From the human T2T-CHM13v2.0 reference genome, Homo sapiens, in NCBI RefSeq assembly GCF_009914755.1, contig NC_060931.1: a stretch of 64,000 nt of DNA. One strand, written 5' to 3'. The notes under the pieces were generated by a model. The model had not been told where the DNA came from. It ran no database searches and worked only from the letters and a program-made list of their open reading frames with translations. A program made the translations under genes and the position numbers. Positions 1-15,339 of this stretch are shown one piece after another. The first letter of the stretch is position 1. Each line of letters starts with the position of its first letter.

Positions 1-1829
1 ATACCCCAAATAGTACCTGTCGGCTTTCTGAATAAATTTCCAACCTGCTAATGGAGATTGAAAGAGGCTGATGGGCGCTGGCTCAGAATTGAAACAGATG
101 AGAGCGTTACTCGGACAGACCTGGAAACATCATGTCTTTTTGGAACATGAAGTCACTTTGGGGTAAAGATGTCCCAGCAGACATCTTTTCGCTCTTTGCA
201 AAAGGGGGATTATTCAGGCAGTTTCTCCCAACCCTTGTCATTTCTGTAGAGAATAGCTTTGATGTTTATGTCTCAATCTCTGAAATTTTGCTTGGGACCA
301 AATCAAATGAGTTAAAAGCTTCAATTCAATTGCTTGCACATCCCTGTTTACCCACAGTAATTGGAAAATAAATGCACGGTGCAGCGAAAGGCCATGACAT
401 TTATTGGATAGCATGAGAGCAAGCCGGGGAAGGAAATTGTAATTGGAGCGTCAGTCACCGGGGTAACAAATTTGGGAAGAAATAGAGAAATGAAAATGAG
501 CATGAACTCGTAGAGACATCAAACTGAAAAGCGATTTCATGACCACAGACACTTCAAGTCCATGTTCATTTTCCCTTTGCCTTGTTTCTGGGTTGGATTC
601 ATAAATTGTATATAATGGTGACCAGACGTCTGGGTGAGGACATCACATTGACTTGAGTAATAGGCACCACTCTGTAACTATTGCATTTGAAATCTGGCAG
701 AAAATGATATTTGTGTGTGGATGTGAGGGAGACAAGCTGTATAGATTCGTCTCCTGCCTGGTTTCACCTTGAAAAAAGGAAACCAGATAAGGGAGGCTGA
801 AAATAAATCCTGTTTTCAAGTGTAATCGCTCAAAATAATAGCATGGACTCTTTTGATCCCAGCTTTATTAGTCAAAGAGCGTAGAAACAAACATTGTAAC
901 TGCAAAACCACCCCCCTCTTCTTGGAAATTTAGGGACATAGAAGAAAGGGGACTCTGTCCAGGATGACAGAGCTAGAATTGAAATCCAGGCCAGCTGCCA
1001 TGAAAAAGAGCAACAGTTCAAACCACATTCCCCAGGGAAACACTCTGTGCACAAAAGCAATTTGGTGACAGGTATGAAGAGTGTTAAAAACGTCCATTCT
1101 CTACCTCCTTTGGGGTTGATTCTATTTATCCTCAGTACAAATTCTCACTTCTACTACCTGATGCCAAAGAATTACGTTGACCTATAAAGAGGTTCATGGA
1201 AGCCTTATTTTTGCTACATTTGAAGCAGGTGACAAGTCCAATATGGAAGAATATTTAAGGAAGGCATGGATCGCCTGCTCACAGGTAGCAAGGAACCCTT
1301 TGAAAGGTTGCCTTGGAGAATCCATGACACTCCAGAGGAAATGTTTACGGTAAGTGAAAAAAGCAGACTGCAAATATGTACCTCCAGGGTGCTCACACCT
1401 ACGTAAAAGACGCATGGCTGGATAGTATCAGGCAAATTTGGAAGAAGCCATGATTTCCTTCTTAGCACACTTCCCTCCTTGTTCCCTAACTGTGATCCTG
1501 CCTCATGGAAGCCTGATCACTAAACGTGTTTTCTCTTCTCCCCTGGTTCACACTGCTCTTACTGGCTAAAGTACTAACGAGACTTATTTTCTTCTCTTAC
1601 AATCATGTACTTTTTGGTTATAGAAGTAATGCATACTCATTGTATGACTTTTTGGCAAATACAGAAAAGTATAAAAATATGATAAAAACCGGTCATAATG
1701 ATGCCACTCAGAGATACCACAGTTTAGTTTATATTTGGGAGCATAACTTTTATGCCCAACCATCTTATAATGAAGGAACTGACCTACATGTGTTTCTGCT
1801 CTGTGAACTCTGAGTTAATAAGCCACCAA

Positions 1830-1925
1830 CTCAAGATCACTGGCTCCATCCTAAATTGCTGTCTGACCTCTTGGCAAGTCGCTTACCCTCTCTATTCCTA
1901 AATTTCCTAATTTGTAAAATGCGAG
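1830..1925 (+). mobile_element. MIR SINE fragment
   Basis: MIR core-like gctgtctgacctcttggcaagtcgcttaccctctct...tttgtaaaatg. Confidence 0.6.
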
Positions 1926-2109
1926 AGTTGTTCTGTTTCTATCAAAAAAACTATCTCAGCCCTAAGAATGCTATAAATTCATAATAGTGTAGTTCTAATA
2001 GGAATCAGATTTATATCTAGCATGACATGCAGGCAGTATTGATAACTTTTCACGTGACCAGTGAGATCCCTCAACTACATAATATGCCCACCCCCTTAAA
2101 GATCTCTAT

Positions 2110-2470
2110 CCGTTCTCTTCCATCCCTCCATAATCTAGCCACACAGGAACCACTTGTGTCTGTTCTGATGAACCACCTGCTGTGATGCCTCTGTGCTTCT
2201 CTCTAAGCTGTGTCCTTCTCCCAGAATAACCTTTCCCACCCTGTGCACATCAGGACACTGCCCAGATGTCTCCTCCTCCAGGGAGACTTCTCTATTCTCC
2301 CCGGTGCAGGATCAGCTGCTAACTCTCCTATGTTCCCGCAAGACTATGCAGAAGTTGTTTTACTCACTCTTATTGAGTACGGCTGCAATTTTTGTGAGCA
2401 TATCTATCTCTAAACTCTGGGGACAACGTGGCTGACCATTGCGATTCCAGACCCAAGGTTGTCGCGGACC
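2110..2470 (+). mobile_element. L2 LINE 3' fragment (degenerate)
   Basis: Pyrimidine-rich L2-like text (ccttctcccagaataacctttccc...gatgtctcctcctccagggagacttctct). Confidence 0.5.
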
Positions 2471-2786
2471 TAAGGGAAGAAAGGAGTGCTTCATTTATGC
2501 TGAGTCATCATTCCTTATTATTAATACAAGGCTTGGAATAAGTAAGACACAATGATTTGATGTTTTGAACAAAGCCAAGGTGACAATGGGTAAAGCCGAA
2601 GGAAGCGTTCATTGCCATCAGGCCATGGGCAGTGGGAGAAGGTTGTGGTTATTTTCTTGCAGCAGTGCAGGAAGCCTGTTGCACTCTGAAACGGGAGCTG
2701 AATGCCTTGGTGGAGATAAATGGGGAAGGCATGTGATACACCCGGCAGGCAGTAGCTCATCTCAAATTAGCTGAAGCCCCTGGGTT

Positions 2787-2788
<2 letters not shown>

Positions 2789-2822
<34 letters not shown>

Positions 2823-3108
2823 CAGGGTCTCACTCTATTGCTCAGGCTAGAGTGCAGTGATGCGATCACAGCTCACTGTAGCCTTGACCTCCTGGGCTCA
2901 AGTCTCAAGTGATCCTTCTGTCTCACCCTCTTGAGTAGCTGGAGCTACAGGTGCGTGCCACCACACCCGGCTAACTTTTTATATTTTTTGTAAAGAGAGG
3001 GTTTCTCAATGTTGCCCAGGCTGGGCTCGAACTCTTGAGCTCAAGCAATCTGCCCACCACAGCCTCCCAAAGTTCTGGGATTACAGGCGTGAGCCACTGC
3101 TCCTGACT
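2789..3108 (-). mobile_element. AluJ with 13-bp TSD
   Basis: Poly-T then reverse Alu; TSD aagcccctgggtt at 2774-2786 and 3110-3122. Confidence 0.95.
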
Positions 3109-3789
3109 CAAGCCCCTGGGTTTTAGCCAGGACAATGGGTCTCTGTGTAGTCGCAGTCTAAACTCTTCTGCTTTTGCACTAATTTGCAAAATACACGGCA
3201 AAATCTTCAGGCTGCATAGATGGGATTGATCTGACATTACCTTTCCTGTTTTCAGCCCTGTTTATAAAAACCATGTTGAATTAATGCTGTTGCTTTTAAT
3301 GATGATAATTTTTGAGGAAAGTAGCATGTTATTAGACAGATTTTATTATAAGAAACACATTTCTGAGCCTCTGAAAGGCACTATCTTTCTGGGAAAGAAG
3401 CAGGAAGATGAAAGAGAATGAAGCCCCATTTCCTATGAGCCACATCCCTACGACACCTTGAAAGGCCCTTTGTTCACTCCAATGCTCTGGCCACATCATT
3501 CCACTTGCCTGGCCAGGCACTCCTCCTCTGACAACCTTAGGAACTCACAGATTCCTAGCAAGAGAGCAGCGTTGAGTCCTGAGCCCTCAACTGTGAGCTC
3601 CCAGAGCTAAGTTAGGCTAGATTGTGGAGGAATGGAAGAGAATAGATAGAGATCTTTAAGGGGCGGTCATATTGCATGGTTGAGAGACCTCATTGGTCAC
3701 ATAGGCTGTTATCAATTTCGCCTACATGTCAGACTAGCCATGAATCTGATTCGTATTAGAACCACACTATTACGAATTCATAGCATTTT

Positions 3790-3915
3790 CAGGGCTGAGA
3801 GAGTCTTTTGATATAATCAGAATAACCCATGCATTTTACAGATTAGGAAATTCAGGAACAGAGAGGGTAGCTGACTTGCCAAGAAGTCACACAGCAATTT
3901 AGGATGGAGCCAATT
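3790..3915 (-). mobile_element. MIR fragment
   Basis: cattttacagattaggaaattcagg...gacttgccaagaagtcacacagc is the reverse MIR core. Confidence 0.7.
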
Positions 3916-4289
3916 ACAGACGCCATTTATAAGACAGGAGTCTTCACATTTCATTTCTCTGAGTTTCCTCTTTTTTGAACTGTGCCCAATTGACTCTAGG
4001 CTATAAATTCTTATAACTGAGATAATTGGCCCATTTAACTGTGTGGGGGATGGTTCAAGGCAAAGCCAAGCTTCTCTCCCATTTTCCTTAGCAATTCTCC
4101 ATTCAAAATTCCATAAATACTTACTGATCATTTACTATGTAAGCAGCATGCTAGTAGACATGGAAAGTTGAGCAGTGAATAAGAGGCTGTTGACGATGGG
4201 GCAGAGGAGGGGAAGAGGGGGTATTGAACCATTTACTGTACGATTAATTATTTGACTCCTAGGGGGCAAAGGGAGCCTCCTCCAAGAAG

Positions 4290-4500
4290 CTGAGTGCAGT
4301 GGTTTGAGGGCATAGACTGTTGGGCTCAGGCTTTTATTAGCTGTGCAACCCCTTGGAATATTCTATTGTCATCTGTAAAGGAGTTTGCAGCAATATCTAT
4401 CTCGAGGGCCAAAAGAAGCATTGAATGGGGCAATCTTTACAAAGCATTCTGCAAGGGACATTAGGTTAGCAGGTACTCAATAAGTGTGTACAATTATTTA
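4290..4500 (+). mobile_element. MIR fragment
   Basis: ttagctgtgcaacccctt...catctgtaaag...gtactcaataagtg. Confidence 0.6.
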
Positions 4501-4620
4501 AAGTCTGAGGGAGGAGGGGAGTCAGTTCAGACCTTGAACAATGCCTCTGAATAGAACTGCTGGAGCTGCCTCTCCAGGAACTGTGAATGGTGGTCCAGAC
4601 AGGCTCCAAGGCTTTGAGAC

Positions 4621-5347
4621 TGAAACTACCTTTGCAAAAATTATGACAGTGAAAGAAATCTGATCTAACTGACTCCATCTTGCTTTTAACCTCACAGCTA
4701 CCCTTGCTTATTCCTGGGTGTATGCCAAGGTAACTATGGGAGGAATTTAGTTTTCAGTTTCATTTTAAAACAAAGATGATAACAACCCTTTCCTGAAACA
4801 AACCCCTTCCTTGCTTGGGGACTGAAAATGCCTTTGTAAAACTAACAAATTAGCCACAAGATTAGAATTATGGCTCAGGAGTCATGGAACCAGAGGTCAC
4901 AAGACCCATAATCTCCACAAATTGCTCTTATAGATAACAACACTACTGTAAAACCTAACATTGGTGTTTAAGGTATTTTTCAGACCCTTCATTCTGATAG
5001 ATCAGCTGGCACCACCTGGACTGGTGGCACATACCAGGAAACTGGCTCAACTGGTCATGTGATCCCACCCGGGCAATGACTCAGTACAAGAAGACAGTTC
5101 CAACCTCCTATGATTTCATCCCTGACCCAACCAATCAGCATTCCCAATTTCCTAACACTCTGCCTGCCAAATTATCCTTAAAAAACTCCCTAGTCTCCAA
5201 ATGTTTTGGGAAGCTGATTTGAGTAATAAACTCTTGTCTTCCCCTTGGCTAGCTCTGCATTTATTAAACCTTTTCTCCACTGCAACACTGCTGTCTCAGT
5301 GAATTGGCTGTACCTGTGCAGTGGGCGAGAAGAAAATGGTTATTACA
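4621..5347 (+). mobile_element. Solo LTR, LTR8 family (ERV1; LTR8A/B-like)
   Basis: TG...CA termini, LTR8 start tgaaactacctttgcaaaaattatgacagtg, 4-bp TSD AGAC (4617-4620, 5348-5351). Confidence 0.85.
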
Positions 5348-7209
5348 AGACCATCACCCACCTTGGGATACAGTGCTCTTGGGCTGGCTTTTTTTCAACT
5401 TTTGCAGCCTCTCTCATCCCCACCTCTACATTTAAGGCATGTGAGTGTCCCTGAGATCACCCCCTGCAGAGAGTGGGGTAATTGCTACATGGGGAGACTG
5501 CCACCTGACTCTCTGGCTGAGAGCTTCTCCAAGTGCTTCAAGAACAGAGCAGAAAAGTGTGGGGAAACAGTGTCCCCCAGATTTTCAGGAGGATGGAAAT
5601 GCAGTGAGACACAAAGGGTACAGTTGGTGCAAGCTGCCTGTCCATTAGCTGCAGGACAAAGTACATGCTCCCTACGGGCCAAGTGGACTTGGAGATGATA
5701 GCTGGGCTGGCACTATCTTGAAAGGATTTGAGGTAAGACAACCACCTGCTTGGGCAAAGAGATCCCAGGGAAAAGAGCACAAAAGCCCCACCAGAGCACG
5801 GGCAGAGGGGCAGAAACAAGAGGCTGGCAGGGAAGTGGGTGGCCTCCATCAGCGAAGGGAGAAACCTTGGAGAGCTCCATTGGAAGTCTCTGAAGGAACT
5901 CACAAAAGTGGCTGCCAGAAGGGGATCCACCAAGTGGACCCCAGTCATGACAGAAGGCACAGCCAGGAGTTTTATTGAGGTGCTCAATTAACCTTTGTGT
6001 CTTTCCTTCTCATTCATCTTTCCAGCCCAATAGTAGCAGCCTGTGAATGGAATGGGCCTCTCACTTTTCTCCAACATCTCTCTTCCCCGCACTGTTCCCT
6101 GCACCCTGTTGTTTAGTTCTCCTCCAGGGCAGAGGGCAACACTGCCTTCAGACCCAGGTGAGCCAGCTCCCCGTCCTGAGCCCTGTGTCTCAGAGGACCT
6201 CAAGCTTCAGCGAGCCTCAAAATTTCCTAAGTCTTTCCAGTACCAGGGTCTGTCTGGAGCTAGCTGTGCCCTTTGAGCAAGGTGCCTCGAGCCCAGACCT
6301 GGTTCCAGTGATTCCAGCCGTGGAAAGAGTCTTACTGGACATTTTCTAAGCCTCTTTTCTGTGGTTGGGCCTGGCCAAGGCCAGCAGTGCCATCCAGGTG
6401 GGACATCAAAGTTCAGACTGGGTCTTACATGGATTCCAGACCCTGTTTCTTCTCCTTAGGATGCTTTTGACCCTCTATTTCACACATGGGGTTGACCAGA
6501 TGCCTGGAGTAGCTCAAAGAATTGTACCTATGTTGTGACTCTGAGGTCCTGTGGCCAGGCCCGGGGGGCAGCCTGGCACACAGATCACTCTTGCTAGTTG
6601 GTCCAGAGTTTCCTTCATGAGGTTTGGGCTGTCAGGTTGGTGTTGCCATGATGATTTGGGGTGACGCTTCCTCCTATCTGACACAAGATGAGTTGAGTTC
6701 AGGGATCTGGGCAACCAATGGTCCACCATCACCCCTGGGCTGAGCCATGCATTGGTGCTTACCGGTCTTGGCTCTGACCATGGTTCCACTTCCAGTCTTC
6801 AGCACCCAAAGGCTGTGGGGTGGCATTAGGTGCCCTTTACAACAGGCATGTTCTTATTTCTGAACCTGGGAACCTACACCAGGTGTCAGGGGGTCTTCTG
6901 GGGGATGTGTCCCCTGATCTAAAGGGCCTGAGACCGGGTCACCATTGCAGTGGTCCATGGGAACCTGGGATGGCAGCCCTCTCCTTCCTGCACTGTGCCG
7001 ACCCTGGAAGGATGAGAAGCAAAGCCAGAAAAGAGAGAAGGAGGTGGAATAGGAGATAAGAAGAAAATGCCCCTCACTGCCACCTAAATACACTCCACTC
7101 ACTCCAGAAAACTACCTGGGTGGGCAGAGAGGAGGGATTCTAAGTGGGTAACATTGCAGAGTGTTGTGATCACCCCAGACCTGACTGCAATTATGTGACT
7201 GGCCATTAG

Positions 7210-7525
<316 letters not shown>

Positions 7526-7624
7526 TCCAAGACATTTTAATTCCTAAGACAAGACTTCCAGCTACCAGAAGTGACAGAAGTAAGGCCATGGAGGGGACTG
7601 CAGTGACATCCAGGTTGGTAAGGA

Positions 7625-7818
7625 CCCAGATGGTAGCCACAAGCCACATGGGGCTATTTAAATTTAAATTAGTGGAAGTCAAATACAATGAAAGACTCAG
7701 GTGCTGTGTCTCATTAGCCGCATGTCAAGTGCTTGAAAGTTATACATGGCTAGTGGCTACCCTGCTGGCCAGTGTAGACATAGAACGTTTCCACCCTGCA
7801 GAAAATTCTCTTGGACAG
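7625..7818. mobile_element. MER33/MER3-like hAT-Charlie DNA transposon
   Basis: gtagccacaagccacatggggctatttaaatttaaatta...catggctagtggctacc...ttggacag. Confidence 0.75.
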
Positions 7819-8642
7819 GGAGGTTCCAGAGAGTGGCTGAAAGGAATCACGAGAGAATTCGTGAAGCTGGTTTCTGCTACCCCTTGGCTGAGTCTAGATT
7901 GGTTAGTGTTAATTGAACTTAACAGTTACTTAAGATTAAGGGAGGCATTATTTATATTTTTTAAGATGAGAGAGATGGGAGCGTGTTAATATGCTGAAGG
8001 AAAAAGAACCTGCAGAAAGGGAGAGAGGAATGGTATTGGGGAGGGAGGGGTGATTGTAAGAGCAAGGACGGTGAGTTTATTTTGAGCCCAGAGGTAAAGT
8101 AAAGGTGTCAGATGATTCTGCAAATCATCATGAATTCCTGAAACAAGAAAGGAACCCACAACCCAGACTGGCTTGCAATTCTCTTCCAAAGGGAAGTGGA
8201 ATTGCCGGTGTGAACCTCCTTAATACTTAAATGCTTTGCAGATGAAACAGAAAATAACCAGGAATTGCATTCTCAACACCGCCACTGCATTTACAGAGCC
8301 TCGGGCAGGATATCTGACCCATTATTGTCAGAATATACAGAGTCCACATCCCAAACCATTAATTTGAGATTCTGCGTTCAATCATTATTTATTCATTGTC
8401 AAATTTATATGACATACAAAAACCTCTTATTTTAACACCTGATATTTGTCTCAGATACATATAGAGAAAGGCTTTGCATCAGATGCCAGTTTGACTCTCT
8501 TGAATTCTCAACCACAGAAGCTCAGGGACTCTTTGCGTGTGCAAGTGTGTGTGGGCATCTGTGGGAGTTCACAGAGTAAGGGCATGACACAGTTCAGTAT
8601 TTTCATCTCCTGAGCAGATTTTCTGGGGAGTGATGGGTAAAA

Positions 8643-8969
<327 letters not shown>

Positions 8970-9431
8970 CCACCATGTCCACCTTTCTACGCAGTGCTGA
9001 AAATCTGTTTTGGACCTTCCAATCAGGATATCAGAAGAAAATGTCCCTTGTGACATATGAAGGCATAGCACAGAGCGGTAGCCAGCCAGCCAGCAAGGGG
9101 AAGGTTTTACACCAAGAGAAAAGCCACTCCTGCAGAAAAAGTGATGAGTAGAGGGCATTTCTCAGACTGCTTTGGGCAGAAGCAGTTTTCTTAGCAATCC
9201 TTTAGCTAAGAAGTCTGTACTTGGCATTTATTTTGAGCCCAGAGGTCAGAAAAGAGGTGAGATGATTCTGCAAAACATCACAAATTCCTGACAAAAGAAA
9301 GGAGCCCACAGCTTGGGCCTGCTTGGAATAAGGACAGTGTGAGACAGCTTGTAAAGAAGTCACGGAAGAAGATAACGCAAGGGAAAGAGGCAGAGAGAAG
9401 AGAATACTCTCCTGTCTCCAGTTAGCTGGGA

Positions 9432-9729
9432 CTTTCTTTCTTTTTTTTTGTTTTTTGAGATGGAGTCTCGCTCTGTCGCCCAGGCTGGAGTGCAGAGGTG
9501 CGATCTCAGCTCACTGCAAGCTCCGCCTCTGGGGTTCATGCCATTCTCCCGCCTCAGCCTTCCGGAGTAGCTGGGACCACAGGTGCCCGCCACTACGCCC
9601 GGCTACTTTTTTGTATTTTTAGTAGAGACGGGGTTTCACCGTGTTAGCCAGGATGGTCTCGATCTCCTGACCTCGTGATCCGCCTGCCTCGGCCTCCCAG
9701 AGTGCTGGGATTACAGGCGTGAGCCACCG
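9432..9729 (-). mobile_element. AluY
   Basis: Diagnostic gcaagctccgcctc and ccgtgttagccaggatggtctcgatctcc; CpG-rich. Confidence 0.9.
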
Positions 9730-9887
9730 GAGAGTTTTCATGTCTTCTCAACTGAGAGAGAATTGGAAGATAATGTCAGAATCTCACTCCATGCAGCATG
9801 CAGCCTGTTTTTTCTTAATATCTGGTTGGATTTGCAACTAGATTTTCCTAAGATGAGACTTCCTGTTATAGGAAGTCGCTTAAAAGG

Positions 9888-10109
9888 CTTTGGAGTGTGT
9901 GAGGCCAAGACCGGCAGATCACGAGGTCAGGAGTTTGACAAAAATTAGCCAGGTGTGGTGGTGTGCGCCTGTACTCCCAGCTACTCAGGAGGCTGAGGCA
10001 GGAGAATCACTTGAACCCGGGAGGCAGAGGCTACACTGAACCAAGATCGTGCCACTGCACTCCAGCCTGGGCAACAGAGCGAGACTCCATCTGAAAAAAA
10101 AAAAAAAAA
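9888..10109 (+). mobile_element. Alu with internal deletion
   Basis: Left arm jumps from ggagtttgac to aaaaattagcc; right arm and poly-A intact. Confidence 0.9.
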
Positions 10110-10338
10110 GGCTTTGTAGTGGACTGCAATACTATCTAAGGTTGGCAAGGAAACGTAGGGTGCCCACAAACCACATGGGGCTCCTTAAATTTAAATAACC
10201 CTCCAACTCTTCTACTCAGTCAGGCACTTGGAAGTCGCAAAGGGGAAGGGAGAGGGGAAGATTGGCTTGGAGACCTGTACACATGTCTTTAACTTAATGT
10301 TAAGTGTGTTTCGGCCTTGAACTTAGTATTAAGTGTAG

Positions 10339-10686
<348 letters not shown>

Positions 10687-10789
10687 CAACCTTACCTCTT
10701 TTAAACACCCACTCCCCTCTGTATCTGCCCCAGGATAGGAACCAGGTTCTGCAGTATCTGAGGACATGGGTTCTGGAGACCAGAGGGTT

Positions 10790-10970
10790 CTGCTGTTTGT
10801 TAATAACATAGCACAGAGCAAGCGTTTCCGCCTCTGTGCCTCAGTTTCTTCAGACAACAAGTGAGACTAATGGTCATATCTACTGCCAGGGTCATTGTGA
10901 AGATTTATAGAGGTCAGTTTCTGTAACTTGCCAGGCACAAGGCCAGCACTCCCCAAATAGCAGCTATTTG
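10790..10970 (+). mobile_element. MIR fragment
   Basis: cctctgtgcctcagtttctt...gggtcattgtgaagattt. Confidence 0.6.
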
Positions 10971-12554
10971 TATTATTTTTGTTACAGCCTCAGCCTATGG
11001 GCTTTAAGCCTCAGAATTAGAGTGGCTGGTCTCCCACGTTCTCATAAGCACCCACAGCCAGATGGACAGCTCTGAATAAGATGGGTCATTATACTGTGAG
11101 GAAGAAAATCAGAGCTCCCACGGGGAGACACGAGCTCTCTGTATGGAACTGTCAAACCATTTTGGCAGCTGTCTTGCAAACAAAGGCAAAAGTGGGATCC
11201 TGTGGTTGATGGGTATGCAATGATCAATTTCTGTCTTTGGGAACTGCAAGGAGGGAGACACCATGGTGTGATAAGACCCAAGCTGTCATCCCTGCCCAAC
11301 GTTGACAGTCATCTAACTTTGCGGGGCCGGCTTTTGGGTTGATGGACCATGTTGCCTACCTGAGTGCTTTCTGCTCTGTGATTCTGTTACTCCAAGAAAT
11401 GGAGCACGTAGCCGTCAAATCCTCTTCCATATGGGGATGAGCTGTATTTCTTTATGGGGGGAGGGGGAAGTGTGTGTCTGTTTCTCTTAAAGAGTAACAA
11501 ATCCTGGGATATCGAAACTGTGAGTCTCCTTGGAAACAATGAGAAAATGAAACTTTGGATTTTTCATTTTCCACCACTTTGAGATAATACGTCAATGTGT
11601 GTAACCTTTTCTAGATTTTAGCACTCTGAGCACTTACGGATTGCAAAAAGCAAAGATCTATGCCTGGAAGTCTTGTATCTATAATATAAAAAATGTGCTG
11701 GCATATCCACTCACAGCAGGAACATATTACTGCTTTTATGAGTGACTTTCATTGAAAAGATGGACTGGGATTTGGACTTTCTTACAGTCTCTAACACAAT
11801 TTAATAAGGACTAAGTGCAGGTAGAGGATTGAAGGATGGTTTCAGGTTCAGATGCACACTTTTCTGGGCATGACAAAGGCATGCTGTCTGACTGCTTTGG
11901 TGCCTCTGGCAGTGAACTCCACTCTAGGAGTCTTAGAAATACTAAAAGGCTGCAGTGCCTTGGGGAATTTGTTCAGTTTCTGACACGTAGTTCTGGCGTC
12001 TCCCACCATCTCCCTTCTGCCTCTTCCTTGCTTCTTTCCGCTGGGTAGGGTGTGTCTGGTACTTTGGCTGGGTGTTCTACCTGGTTCATCATTTTGGCTT
12101 TATCCTGGATCTGCCCTTCCCCTCCCTTGACTCCACAGTCTTCCAGTTTTACCTTCCCCAACCCTCACTCTGGCTCCTAAACCTCCTCCAGAGTCCACTT
12201 ACCCATGAGGGCTTGGAGCATCCATTCATCTGCCTCTGGTTTTCCTCCTGTCTGAGGTCCTCTTTCTCCAGTACCCTAGGGAGTGGGATAGATAGCCTGG
12301 GGTAGGACGCTGGGGTCCAAAGGAACAGGGGCCACTGCTCAAGAGAGTGGCTTGTGGCCAGCTCTGGGCTTGAAGCTGAAGTTCCGGGTGGACCACTTGT
12401 GGATGGAGCACAGTGAGAGGTAGATATATCAAGCTGAACAGCACACACAGCCCTTGAACAGGCTGGTCCCTGCAGAGCAGAGCCCTTGTTGGTGAATTAG
12501 CATTCAGGGGATACACTCCAGGATTATAAGGAAATGAGCTGCCAAGAGTTAGGC

Positions 12555-13152
12555 TACAGATTCTCAAAAACCTAGGCATAGAATTACCACATGACCCAAC
12601 AATTCCGCTCCTAAATACCTACCCCAAATAACTGAGGAACAGGGGTTCAAATAAAAACATGTACACAAATGTGTATAGCAGAGTTATTCACAATAGCCAA
12701 AAGGTGGAAACAACCCCAGTGTCCATCAACGGGTGAATGGAGACCTACAATGTGGCATATCCATACAATGGAATATTATTCAGTCGTTAAAAGGAATGAA
12801 GTACTGACACATTCCACAATGTGGATAAACCTTGAAACATTATGCTAAGTGAAAGAAGCTAGACACAAAAGTCCACCATTATATGATTCTATTTATGTGA
12901 AATGTCCAGAATAGGCAAGTCCACAGAGCCCGAAAATAGACTAGTGGTTTTCAGGGACTGGGGATGGGGGATATGGGGAGTGACTGCAGTGGGTACAGGA
13001 TTTTCTTTTCGGATGGTGTAGATATCTGGGAACTAGATAGATATGATGTTTGTACACGTTTGTGAATGTGCTAAATGGCAAGGAATTATACACATTCAAA
13101 TGAATATTGATTAATTTTATATTATGGGAATTTTACCTTAATTTAAAAAAAG
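12555..13152 (+). mobile_element. L1MB-type LINE-1 3' end
   Basis: End of ORF2 and 3' UTR: atagaattaccacatgacccaacaattcc...ttcacaatagccaaaaggtggaaacaaccc...ccatacaatggaatattattc; A-rich end. Confidence 0.9.
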
Positions 13153-13534
13153 GTAGGACAGTCTCTAGCCTGCACTGGGAGATGGGCAGATACATTGAGA
13201 AAGCAGTCATGTTACTGAAACCTAAAAGGAGGATTATATCAGGAATGGGTTTGGCTATACATGTAATATTAATATAAATTATATTAACGATAGCTTAAGT
13301 AAATGGGGGTTTATATTCTCCACTCAGAAGTCTGGGGTGGGTGACTCATAATGAACCCGACAATGATATTGGGGATCCAAGCTCTTACTCTTCTCTACTG
13401 TTCTTAGTATGTATACTTTTGTACTCATTCCTCTTCATCACAAAATAGTTGCTACCATTCCAGCCACCATATCTAGGTTCCAGGTAGGAAGAAGGGAAAG
13501 TTGTAAAGAACTGTAGGTGCATTTCCAGTTAGAC

Positions 13535-13849
13535 CTTTTTATTTATTTATTTATTTTTTTGAGATGGAGTCTCACTCTGCTGCTCTGTTGCCCAGGCTGG
13601 AGTGCAGTGGCGCGATCTTGGCTCACCACAACCTCTGCCTCCTGGGTTCAAGTGTTTCTCCTGCCTCAGCCTCCTGAGTAGCTGGACTACAGGTGCATAC
13701 CACCATGCCCAGCTAATTTTTGTATTTTTAGTAGAGACAGGGTTTCACTATGTTGACCAGGCTGGTCTTGAACTCCTGACCTCAAGTGATCCACTTGCCT
13801 AGGCCTTTGAAAGTGCTGGGATTACAGGTGTAAACCAGTGTGCCTGGCC
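13535..13849 (-). mobile_element. AluS
   Basis: Reverse Alu with (TTTA)n tail. Confidence 0.95.
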
Positions 13850-14593
13850 TGAGTGGGACCTTTCAAATAAGGTCCTGGATCCTTATTTTCTGGATCCGCC
13901 ACTCACTGACAACAACACTGGGTCAGAGAATCCCACATTGATGCATCAACGAAAAAGTGACTTGGGACAGAATTACAGGAGGTTGGTTCAGTCAACCAAT
14001 GATGTCTGTATGAGAACCAAAGAAAAAAGTCTGGAAATTGCATTTTATACATGAGATGACCTGGAGATCCTCAGCTGCAGGACCTGGATCTTGCTATGGC
14101 AAGGTCTGCCGTGGTGACATTTGGCCTCAGGATAGATCAGCACTATTCAGAGATGCAGCCTTCAGGAAAGGGGCATTGTTTGTTCCTGGGGAAAGCCCTA
14201 GGGAATCTGATTTAATAGCAAACCCACAGGAGGGAAGGATGGTCAGCTTGGGTAATGTTTCCCTCATCAGAAGTCAACGCAGGACTGGTCTTGAGCCCAG
14301 GGATGGTGGTCCCAGCTGGGAGTTACTGGGGAGAGCAATGACCACTGAGATGAGGTTGGAAGCAATGGATACAGATGTGGGACCCAGAACTTGTCTCGAC
14401 AACATGACAAGATCAAGCCAAGGATGGATATTGCTTGGCATGGGCTATTCCTGTAAAGAAAATACTGTCCATGTCAAAATAAAGTATACTTCTTTCTGCT
14501 GCCTGGAGAGACACCAAAATGTACAGATACACATGTGTCTGGTTTCATATACATGTCATTTTTCTGTGACCTTTTTGAAATCACATATTGTGA

Positions 14594-14931
<338 letters not shown>

Positions 14932-15103
14932 TAGCACAGTTCTCAGCACACAATACTAGTCCTCCATTAATTTCCATTAATGTTGCCAAGATGGAATTAA
15001 TCTTTTGCAACTCCATAAAGATAGTCTCAGTTTGGTATCTGCAGTTCAGTCAATCTTCTGTTCATTTCACTTTCCTGGGCAGGACCAGCTCTGGTGAAAA
15101 TTA

Positions 15104-15149
15104 TGAAGTAATTTCATAATAAGAGTTGAAGTAATTTCAAAATAAGAGT
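15104..15149. repeat. 23-bp tandem duplication
   Basis: tgaagtaatttcataataagagt then tgaagtaatttcaaaataagagt. Confidence 0.9.
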
Positions 15150-15339
15150 TTTTCTTCATAACTCCATCGTGGTAACAACCTTCTCCCCAAATCCTCTGAT
15201 AGGCTCTATTGGAAAAATGTAGGCTTTGCAGCTAGAAAGAAGTAGCTTCCAGTGACTGGATATGAAAACATACTGTAAACCTACAATGATTTGAGCCAGT
15301 GGCCCTGGCTTAGACCCAAGTAAATCAAAGGAAGAGTCT

